Assembly (NCBI GenBank): GCA_964035545.1
Contig: OZ037771.1
Span: 1,189,628 to 1,253,627 of the forward strand
Direction of reading: 5' to 3'
Source: Bugula neritina
Taxonomy: Eukaryota; Animalia; Bryozoa
DNA: 64,000 nt
Both the position numbers and the translations under genes were made by a program. The notes beneath the pieces are model-generated. The model was not told where the DNA came from. It was given only the letters and a program-made list of their open reading frames with translations, and made no database searches. Positions 41,701 through 52,100 of this stretch are shown here, in pieces. Each line of letters opens with the position of its first letter. The first letter of the stretch is position 1.

Positions 41701-44053
41701 TGAGGGTGTATATTATACAGTGAGGGTGTATATTATACAGTGAGAGTGTATATTATACAGTGAGAGTGTATATTATACAGTGAGGGTGTATATTATACAG
41801 TGAGAGTGTATATTATACAGTGAGGGTGTATATTATACAGTGAGGGTGTATATTATACAGTGAGAGTGTATATTATACAGTGAGGGTGTATATTATACAG
41901 TGAGGGTGTATATTATACAGTGAGAGTGTATATTATACAGTGAGGGTGTATATTATACAGTGAGAGTGTATATTATACAGTGAGGGTGTATATTATACAG
42001 TGAGAGTGTATATTATACAGTGAGAGTGTATATTATACAGTGAGAGTGTATATTATACAGTGAGAGTGTATATTATACAGTGAGAGTGTATATTATACAG
42101 TGAGAGTGTATATTATACAGTGAGAGTGTATATTATACAGTGAGGGTGTATGTTATACAGTGAGGGTGTATGTTATACAGTGAGAGTGTATATTATACAG
42201 TGAGAGTGTATATTATACAGTGAGAGTGTATATTATACAGTGAGGGTGTATATTATACAGTGAGAGTGTATATTATACAGTGAGGGAGTATATTATACAG
42301 TGAGAGTGTATATTATACAGTGAGAGTGTATATTATACAGTGAGGGTGTATATTATACAGTGAGGGTGTATATTATACAGTGAGAGTGTATATTATACAG
42401 TGAGGGAGTATATTATACAGTGAGAGTGTATACTATACAGTGAGAGTGTATATTATACAGTGAGAGTGTATATTATACAGTGAGAGTGTATATTATACAG
42501 TGAGAGTGTATATTATACAGTGAGGGTGTATATTATACAGTGAGGGAGTATATTATACAGTGAGGGTGTATATTATACAGTGAGGGTGTATATTATACAG
42601 TGAGGGAGTATATTATACAGTGAGGGTGTATATTATACAGTGAGGGTGTATATTATACAGTGAGAGTGTATATTATACAGTGAGAGAGTATATTATACAG
42701 TGAGAGTGTATATTATACAGTGAGGGTGTATATTATACAGTGAGAGTGTATATTATACAGTGAGGGTGTATATTATACAGTGAGAGTCTATATTATACAG
42801 TGAGGGTGTATATTATACAGTGAGGGTGTATATTATACAGTGAGGGTGTATATTATACAGTGAAAGTCTATATTATACAGTGAGAGTGTATATTATACAG
42901 TGAGGGTGTATATTATACAGTGAGGGTGTATATTATACAGTGAGAGTGTATATTATACAGTGAGAGTGTATATTATACAGTAAGAGTGTATATTATACAG
43001 TGAGGGTGTATATTATACAGTGAGGGTGTATATTATACAGTGAGAGTGTATATTATACAGTGAGAGTGTATATTATACAGTAAGAGTGTATATTATACAG
43101 TGAGGGTGTATATTATACAGTGAGGGTGTATATTATACAGTGAGGGAGTATATTATACAGTGAGGGTGTATATTATACAGTGAGGGAGTATATTATACAG
43201 TGAGAGTGTATATTATACAGTGAGGGTGTATATTATACAGTGAGAGTGTATATTATACAGTGAGGGTGTATATTATACAGTGAGAGTCTATATTATACAG
43301 TGAGGGTGTATATTATACAGTGAGGGTGTATATTATACAGTGAGGGTGTATATTATACAGTGAGAGTGTATATTATACAGTGAGAGTGTATATTATACAG
43401 TGAGGGTGTATATTATACAGTGAGGGTGTATATTATACAGTGAGGGTGTATATTATACAGTGAGAGTGTATATTATACAGTGAGAGTGTATATTATACAG
43501 TGAGGGTGTATATTATACAGTGAGAGTGTATATTATACAGTGATGATGTATATTATACAGTGAGAGTGTATATTATACAGTGAGAGTGTATATTATACAG
43601 TGAGAGTGTATATTATACAGTAAGAGTGTATATTATACAGTGAGGGTGTATATTATACAGTGAGGGTGTATATTATACAGTGAGGGTGTATATTATACAG
43701 TGAGGGTGTATATTATACAGTGAGAGTGTATATTATACAGTGATGATGTATATTATACAGTGAGGGTGTATATTATACAGTGAGGGTGTATATTATACAG
43801 TGAGGGTGTATATTATACAGTGAGGGTGTATATTATACAGTGAGGGTGTATATTATACAGTGAGAGTATATATTATACAGTGAGGGAGTATATTATACAG
43901 TGAGAGTGTATATTATACAGTGAGGGAGTACGCAGACAGAACTCCTTCAAGAACACAGGTCAGATGGGTTACGCATTCAGCAGCTTCCAACTCTTCACGT
44001 TTCCCAAGGCGTATCGACCCCCCACAGGCACGTATGGTAAAGCTGACACATAG
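32765..44053 (+). CDS. INPP4A: Inositol polyphosphate 4-phosphatase (INPP4A/B family) with N-terminal PH domain and C2 domain; spliced
   Basis: Catalytic [19 protein letters not shown] (about 41520-41576), [29 protein letters not shown], and C-terminus [29 protein letters not shown]2 [39 protein letters not shown] versus B orthology cannot be resolved. Confidence 0.93.
33483..33943. repeat. 32-bp minisatellite, about 14 copies, just upstream of an INPP4 acceptor
   Basis: Unit gtatattgtgtgtagctaagtgtgtagagaca. Confidence 0.97.
34370..34512. repeat. CA-rich degenerate microsatellite
   Basis: acacatacacac-type words. Confidence 0.9.
38030..38191. repeat. Degenerate 15-17-bp repeat (gtgacgcatagtaacac) in INPP4 intron
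   Basis: Repeated catagtaacac cores. Confidence 0.85.
39314..39548 (+). repeat. 26-bp tandem repeat spanning an INPP4 splice donor, 9 copies
   Basis: Unit tgtcatggtagtgagcaag|gtgggtg; the first copy holds the exon end (39332). Confidence 0.95.
40323..40675. repeat. 39-bp minisatellite, about 9 copies, starting just after an INPP4 donor
   Basis: Unit cttaatattatactatgttacagactgatgctgtcaata. Confidence 0.95.
41681..43930 (+). repeat. 20-bp minisatellite, 112 copies, spanning the last INPP4 acceptor
   Basis: Unit tgag(g/a)gtgtatattatacag with no indels from 41681 to 43920; the last exon starts at 43921 with tgagggagta. Confidence 0.99.
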
Positions 44054-44759
44054 TCTTCTCTTCTGTCTGTCTGTCTCTCTGTCTGTCTGTTACACTGGCC
44101 CTACTTGCCGCTGGCTGTGGTGGATGCGAGGTCTATTTTCTGTACACGAGTTACTTTTACTGTTTGCTATGTTTTTATAATGCTTGCAGCTAATGCCTCT
44201 TAGGGCCTTCAATATGCTGTTGATATTCTGTTTTTGTTGAACATGTTGTTTGTTTTTAGTAATCGATTTGATATTATGCCAAGTTATTTTTATTTACACA
44301 AGTTTAGTGTTGAATGTAACTTGACTGTGTAAAATTATTTTAATTAATATATTGTACTCTTATTCAGTATGTACTACTGGTGCCAGGGTAGGTAACTTCT
44401 GGTATATTTTAAAGTATTTAAAGTATTTTAATTCCGCATAACATGTGCGCAGTATCTAGTCTGTTTATACCATACTTATGTTTTATAGTATGACTTATGA
44501 TAATTTTAATTATAAAACTAGGGTTTCTTTTATATAAACTTGTTTTTTATAGATTATGCAAACATTAAGTTATGACCTTTTATATACACACCCAAAGTGC
44601 ATATTGTTGTTAACATATTTATATTACATAATACTTTTAGTGCTGTAAGGTCAGCGGTTTTTATTGTATTGGCAACAGCGTGTTAAAAATACAGGAGAGC
44701 ACAACTCTGATCACAAGCTAATCTCTGCATAGTAATTCACAAGTCTAGTAGTCATTCAC

Positions 44760-47355
44760 TCAGTCACAGTCAGCAAACACAGGTGTGACAGCGTACTCGT
44801 TGTGCCTTCTGCCGAATGAGAACGCTGGGGCACCCTTCTTGGTAGAATAGGCAGTGTGTGGGCACAGCTCGTGGCTGTGAGCTGCAGGCCCTGGCTTTAT
44901 AGTCTTGTCTCCAGGTAGATGGCATCTCACTCCAATGGAGTACTACATAGTAGAATAGTATATAGTAATCATAGAATAGTATATGGTAATCATAGAATAT
45001 TTTATATAGTAATCATAGAATAGTATATAATAATCATAGAATAATATATACAGTAGTCGTAGAATAATATATAATATAGTAATCATACAACAGCATATAT
45101 AGAATACTGTATAATAATAAAACAAAAACTTATATAATTACCTCTGGTGCAGCAGTTTTCACTCGACGCTGCTCTGCTGCCGGATATGCTGCCGGGCCCG
45201 GGGTCTGCGCATAGTCCCTTGCAAAGTTTCCTGGCAGTAGATAGCAAGTGTGTAGCACAGCATGATAACAGCTAAACCACACCACAAAATGCTCAAAGAT
45301 GCTATATGTATAACAACTTACCTGTATATACTAACAGAGACTTACCTGTATATACTAACAATGACTTACCTGTATATGCTAACAATGACTTACCTGTATA
45401 TACTAACAGTGACTTACCTGTATATACTAACAGTGACTTACCTGTATATACTAACAGGGACTTACCTTTCTGGTTTCTAAAAGTAAGAAAGTAAGCAGGT
45501 GATTTCTTCAGGTCAGGATTCGCCGAGCCAATGCCAGAAGGTAATGCATAGGTGTTGGGTGCTGGTTTATACGCATCATCTTGTCGCAGTGCCTTCAGTC
45601 TTCTGCCCATTGTGTACTCCGGTGCCGTCCGAGATTTCGGAAACAAATATTTTTCTGGTGCATACGCGCCTGGACCTGGTCCAATATGTTTGGTATCTAT
45701 AAAGGTGTTTTAGTGTGACTGTATAATATTTACTCTGCAGGGTTGACTCACTGACTGACTAACTGTCTGACTCACTCACTGACTGACTCACCCACTGACT
45801 CACTCACTGACTCACTGATTGACTCAATGGCTGACTCACTGACTCACTCACTGACTCACTCAATGACTGACTCACTGACTCACTCACTGACTCACTCACT
45901 GACTCACTCACTGACTCACTCACTGACTCACTCACTGACTCACTCACTGACTCACTCACTGACTGACTATATCAGGCAAATAAAAAGATTTAGAAGCTAT
46001 AAGCAGGGTGTATTATAAAGCATAGGTAAGATTGCTGTTGCTCTCCTCAGCTATGCTATCTTAATAGAGAAGACTTAAAGTGACATACTGTCTTTGTGTC
46101 TGTCTGCTAGAGAATAGCCTGGGTTACAATCTCCACCTAGTCTAGTTTGGTTAGCTGCAGGTAAATATGCTGCTGGTCCAGGGCTTGCATACTTCTGACC
46201 TACAATCCATACGATCCAAATAGCTATAAAACACACTTTGTTGGGACACCAGCTTAAGTTGTAAACAAATATTGCTTCTAGTTCAACACGGTATTATAAC
46301 TTATCATATTATAATATGTTATTTTTATCTCAAATTATTACTCTACACCATCTATAATGTATCTTTGGAATAAAAACACCTGGTGTTTTTATACACAATA
46401 AAAATTTAGACGTGATCATTAAGTAGTTGTAGCAACTTGCCATTTTTAACTCGTTTCCTGAGGCTATAGGCGGGAGCCCGCAGCTTGTGGGCTGCTGGGT
46501 CATGACCTTCATAGCCTGTGAGAGTGGGTAGCCCATATTTAGGACCGGGACCTGTAGCAAACACCACCACATTATCTCAGCACATTTCTCTATGTAATTA
46601 TACCACAAACATATACCCACAATTGGTTTTTATGTAGTCACTATAGGAGTTTTGCACCAACAATTATCACATGCATGTTTGACGTCATAACCTCTTTAAA
46701 TAAGCATCTCTTTCCAATGAGAATTAAAACAGATATGGTAAGCATTGAAAATTAAGTTCCACTCAATTCTTTCAAGTATAATGAATCTGTTTTTCATATT
46801 ATCTGTCATAAGTTCTTAAGCCATACATAAATTTTTTTAATTGTGTAAATTCATTTAAGAACTAATAAATTTCTTTTTTAAGTTGGTGCTCCTAATAAAG
46901 CAATCTGCAAGATGAATTTACTCATTGATAAAACAATTACAGATATACAAAGCAAAGGTGTAACAGAAAAAATATATTCCATGTTTACTTCTTCAACTTG
47001 TGAAACAAAAACACATTTTCATGATCATGATTTGTGCACTAGTACTTTCAGTAATTTTTTTTATTCTATTAGTATTACATAAAATTAATTTATGAGCTCA
47101 TTTTAGAAAATAAAATTAAGGCTAATTTTTGTAAAAAGCTTAATTTGCAACTATATATAAAGATGAAAATAAAATGGGAGTATTTTCAGCATTACTATTT
47201 GGGTGTGTGTTATTTTAAGCAAGGACTCTGGATTCGCACAACTATGATCAATATTCAGCTATATAAATTTAGAGCAATCACTCACTGCTGCTTTTGGTAG
47301 TGCAGATATGTTGAGTTGGACCACACAGGTTATTGCCTTTATAATATCTGGCCAT
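44760..47355 (-). CDS. ODF3: Outer dense fiber 3 / SHIPPO (PGP-repeat) ciliary microtubule-associated protein; 6 coding exons
   Basis: Exons approx. 47355-47286, 46552-46441, 46199-46089, 45697-45466, 45230-45142 and 44942-44760. They give SSPGPKYGLPTLTGY..KLRAPAYSL, SPGPAAY, GPGPGAYAPE, PAPNTYALP, TPGPAAY and KPGPAAH..APAFSFGRRH. Exact paralog uncertain. Confidence 0.9.
45316..45466 (-). repeat. 24-bp tandem repeat of the ODF3 splice donor (6 units, 7 GTAAGT)
   Basis: Minus-strand unit gtaagtcactgttagtatatacag. Confidence 0.95.
45743..45968. repeat. TCAC/TGAC tetranucleotide mixed microsatellite in ODF3 intron
   Basis: ctgactcactca repeated. Confidence 0.95.
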
Positions 47356-47809
47356 CTTTCAGTCTGGTGATCAGGCCATGTGGCACTCAGGAACAGAAAG
47401 TCAAGTGAATATTAGTAGTTGAGCTAACAATGCTTCTCTGGGTATTGTTGAAAAAATGCTTTGTTGAAAACCTCTCTCTATATCATAATATACGTTGTGC
47501 ATTCCTTTTATTTTATTACTATTATATACATAGATTTTAATTCCTGAGTTTAAATTACACGTGCTACAGTAAACAAGAGAAAAGCCTCAGTCTAAATGTG
47601 CATAATATTTATAGACATATTGTGAAATATAGTTTAAACAAATAAACGTGGCTGATTTGTCTTTTGTAATAATAATAATCAATAAATTAAAAAAATAACT
47701 GAAAAAAAGTTCTTGATGCAAAGAACTAGGAAAATTATTTAAGAGGGGATAACTGTAAAAACTTCACAACCATGGGACGTAACATAACATAGTAATGAGT
47801 GTTCAAACA

Positions 47810-47823
47810 GTTGCTATGCAAAT
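47810..47823. promoter_or_regulatory. Possible RFX X-box upstream of ODF3
   Basis: GTTGCTATGCAAAT has a good half-site (GTTGCTATG) about 455 bp upstream of the ATG of a ciliary gene. Confidence 0.35.
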
Positions 47824-49149
47824 GATATTATTTCAAGTTGAAAGAAATTAAACAGTATATCAATAAACTTCGTGCCTTGCCTACTTAGTACTGGCTAGTT
47901 TATGTATTAAAATTGTTGACTACTGCATTAGTTAACAGCACTGTTTGACAGCATGATTTAGATTTGACCTGTTAATATTAGAGATTAAAAACTGGCTGGA
48001 CATTAGTTGATGCTAACTACCCATATCAAAGAATTTGGGCAGTTTTTGGTTAATAAGTCAGAGCAAAGCTTCAGTTAAGAGTTTAAGTTAGAATTGAAAT
48101 GGAGGAAAGTATCAGCTGATACTGTAGCTTGAACATATTCACTGCTATTGAAGATCAATCATCAATTAATGTGGTTTAGAGCTGGATTTGAAACTAGATA
48201 AAACTGCTGGTATTTTTGCATGTTATTTTTAAAGCAGATGTCCTACTAAATGATCACTTATGTCATATATTAATACATTACAACTGCAGCATTCAATTCT
48301 TAACATATAACTGTATATTAGAATTCTTATTCATTGATGACACTTTATTATGAACTTCACAGCTCTGCAGCAATTCCACTATCTCTCTCTATTCATACAT
48401 TTCTGTGGCAGCTAGAAATGGGCAGTACATTCGGCCCAACCATTGTTGACCAGAAAATATGGTGGTAATTAATGCAAACTATGTAATATCTTATTTCCTC
48501 AATTTGTCTAGGAATATTACCCTACATGTCTGCTACCCCTTTGTGCATGTTTTATATATAGAGCATCATGCGAGAAGACCTGCTAGGGTTCAGGTCCTGG
48601 TCATCAAGGAACAAAGAGATTGATCTTGTGTAAAAAAGATTCTCTTACTAACTGACAATACACCACAATACTTCTATGAGTATAAGAAACATATTATTCC
48701 ATTCCTACGGTTTGCCTTATAATACTCCATCAGTCTGAAGCTATTAGAATTTGATTCTGTGTGAAATTATAACTATTTTATGCATTGTTCAATTTATTTA
48801 GCTCTGAGCCATTCTGTTCAAATCGTTAGTAATGCCCTATGAAGGTATTTAAACTAGAGTTAATTACTTGTTACAATTTGGTACATTATAAGTTTTATGC
48901 TGAAATACTTTGTATATTGAGCTATTGCTTTTCTATTGGTCATTTGGTGATCACATGGACTTCAGTTTACAGCAGCTAGGGGACCACATACTCCTTGCAT
49001 CTTCTGGATAGCTTTATCAGCAAACACGTAGCTGAAGCTTATTGCCTTCAGCTTTGAGTAGTTAATTAATATAAATTTGACTCGGAAGGAAAGCTAATTG
49101 CTTCTTAAACTTATTACTAGCTTTCAGCAAATTACGAGACTTATGTAGG

Positions 49150-52100
49150 ATGGGCAAAGTCAATTTTGATGACAGAAGCTTAGTAGAAAATGGTTGGAAT
49201 CCTGAAACAGAAATGCTGTATCAAGATGAAAAGAAAAGCAAAAAGAAATTATCATTTACAAGGGAACAAAAGTCAATATTTTGCGTAGCTTTTTTAGCTG
49301 ATCTTTTCTCTTTTGTATGCGTTTCTTTACCAGCTCCTTTCTTACCTGTAGTAGTAAGTATACACCTTCTTACCTGTAGTAGTAAGTATACCTTCTTACC
49401 TGTAGTAGTAAGTACACCTTTCCTACCTGTAGTAGTAAGTACACCTTTCTACCTGTAGTAGTAAGTATACACCTTCCTACCTTTAGTAGTAAGTGATTTA
49501 AAATATTCACTCTAGCTGCTTATTTATTTATTAGTAAGAAAATCTGGCTTCAATTTTATTTATTTCATTTTCAATGCTATAATTTTCACTACATTGTAAA
49601 TTCCTAAATATTTTCAAACCTCTTCTAGCATCTGGAGTAGTTTTGTATCATGCAGATTAAAACTTGCTCTATCAACACAACATATAGAGATGAATGAACG
49701 TTTTATTTTACATTTTTCAAAATTTTTAAAATAAAATAATCAATTTCAAAGTTATACTCATATAATATATTCATTAGACATTTATACTCGTATAATATAC
49801 TCATAAGACATTTACTGCCATCTTGTTGTATGAAAATGGGTACACTCTGTATGATAGGATGAGAGTCACAACATTTCCTCTGATATAACAGGATGGATAC
49901 TAGGAATATACTCTCTGGTTCAACTAGCTATGTTTCCAGTCTTTGGAAAGTTGGTGAGTAATGCACAGTTCTTTCCTGTAATCAAACATGCCACTACAAA
50001 CTCAATGGTTTCTAACAGTCATTAAATATTTCCTAAAAATAATTTCATTCACAGATGCATCGTATAGGTGTTAGAAAGACCCTTCTGTTTGGTGAACTCA
50101 CCTGTGGAGTATTTGTGATAGCATTCGGTCTACTAGAATATCTCCCAGTACCAGATCCTACAGACAACTCTGTAGATGTGACTTACTTAGTTCTAGCTAT
50201 AGTCTTGCGTATTCTACAAGCTCTCGGAGCATCTGCTTATGCTACGGCGGCCATGACACTTTTGACGTCTGCATTCCCAGATGACACCATCGTTATGTTG
50301 GTGAGAGTTATCTGACAAATACCTTTTACTTTCCTTCTGTAAAAAAGTGTTCAATTTACTTGCATTGTTCTACTAGTAAATTTTTAGCTTATACATTTAG
50401 AAAATATTAGTATGATTATGTGCTTTTCATGGTCATTGCTTTCACACCTACACGGCTGTGGTCATGTGATCAAGCAATGGTCATTGCTAAACCTCAGAGA
50501 GTTTATAGCGGCAAAACACATTGAGTGAAATTGAATTGAATAGATCCTTAGCTTATAGTAGTTGGCTGATTTCTCTTCTGAAAAGCTGGGCTTGATTGTA
50601 GTGAGATATAGACATTTTCAACTTATACCAGGAATGTGATGTCTGTGATGCTTTCATACTTTCATAACTTTAAAAGAGGAAATGCTCTCATCTTTTGAAT
50701 ACTAGTGTTCATAAACTCCATATTGTGCTCATAAACTGAGGTAGTTGTAGTAATGGAAAAATTGGAAAAAGCCTGTGTTCTAGATTAGAAATGTAGCAAA
50801 AGAAGTTATGTTATGCTCAACACCAAAATTTATAAAGAAATTCAAAGAACTTGGGCTATCTCAATTTCTCCACTGCTGTACCTAAATTCATAAACTGTAC
50901 CTTTTGATGTATATTGTCATACAGGGGTATGGAGAAATAGCCATTGGTATAGGTTCCACTATTGGTCCAGCTCTTGGAAGTCTTTTATATAGGGTAATAA
51001 ACATTTTATTCTAATTGAATATAAAACAAACTTTTGATACTTTGTAGTAAGGTTGCAGTTGTTAACTGAATTAAATTGCCATTGAATGCTGACAACAGAT
51101 GTAATAGAGGCAGGCTTTTGGTCTGTGAAAGATATCTCAACACCATGTCAGAAGATGTAGATAAAACTGTTGTTTGCGTGGTTCAAGTCGACACAGAAAA
51201 CTACTAAATAATAAACAGCAAATGATAAACTAAATAATGGTAGTTTGCTGTTGTTTACAAATGTTATGATATGCTGAGGTCTATGCCTAGCCTGTATGGC
51301 TCACTTAGAAACTTTATCTACAATAAATGACAAGTAATTTATTAGCAATTAGTGAAAGTGTTGTTTACTGATATTATGTTGCTGTATAAATGGATATATA
51401 GGCCTACTATTGCTTACATTTTATTAAGGGAAATATATTACAATCAAATTATTTTATAAAATATCAATTACATTGAGTATCAGTAGGCCTATTGAGTGAA
51501 AATTCAAACTATAAATAATTATACTTGCTATTTAACCTGTAAATATTCTTACTATTTAAAAGTTTGAATCCTAAATCTTGTAGCTTGGTGGATTCATGAC
51601 CGTGTTTGGCGGGATTGGAGGACTAATAATACTAGTATTTCTAGTATCTTGGTACCTTTTGCCTGCGGAAAGTGAGTTTTTATTGGATTTTTGTGATGTA
51701 ACCTATCGATGAATCTAACTTCAAGTTTGTAATTTGCATGCAGGCTGGCATTCTATGTTTTTGTTTTATACCTATATGCTCTTTATTTAAACAAATTAAA
51801 GTGAAATGACCAACTCAAAACATCATTATAGTGCTGTCTGCAAAATCTCAATTCTTAACCTCTCCTTCCAGGGTAACTTATCTGTTGAAGGTCACACAAA
51901 CAAAGAGGATGAGAAAGCAAACTGGACACTTAAAGAGATCCTAACACACCCTAATGTCTTACTCTCTGTGATTCTGATAACTTTCTTTGGAATGTTGTGT
52001 ACCATGAACAACCCTATTCTAGAGCCAGAACTACGCTCTAAAGTATGAGATTTGGGATCTTCTAGTAAACTAGTGCACATTGTTATACAGGATTATGTTC

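Noticed and set aside
41681-43920. CRISPR-like regular array
   Set aside because: Head-to-tail units with no unique spacers, no cas genes, and a eukaryotic intron context.
43920-44180. 86-aa ORF as a separate gene
   Set aside because: It is an alternative frame over the INPP4 last exon, reachable only through a decoy acceptor.
47980-48640. Possible small spliced gene between ODF3 and SLC18B1 copy 1 (exon-like pieces MGSTFGPTIVDQKIW and IMREDLLGFRSWSSRNKE)
   Set aside because: The pieces could not be joined into a convincing protein with canonical splice sites, and no family was recognised; RNA-seq is needed.
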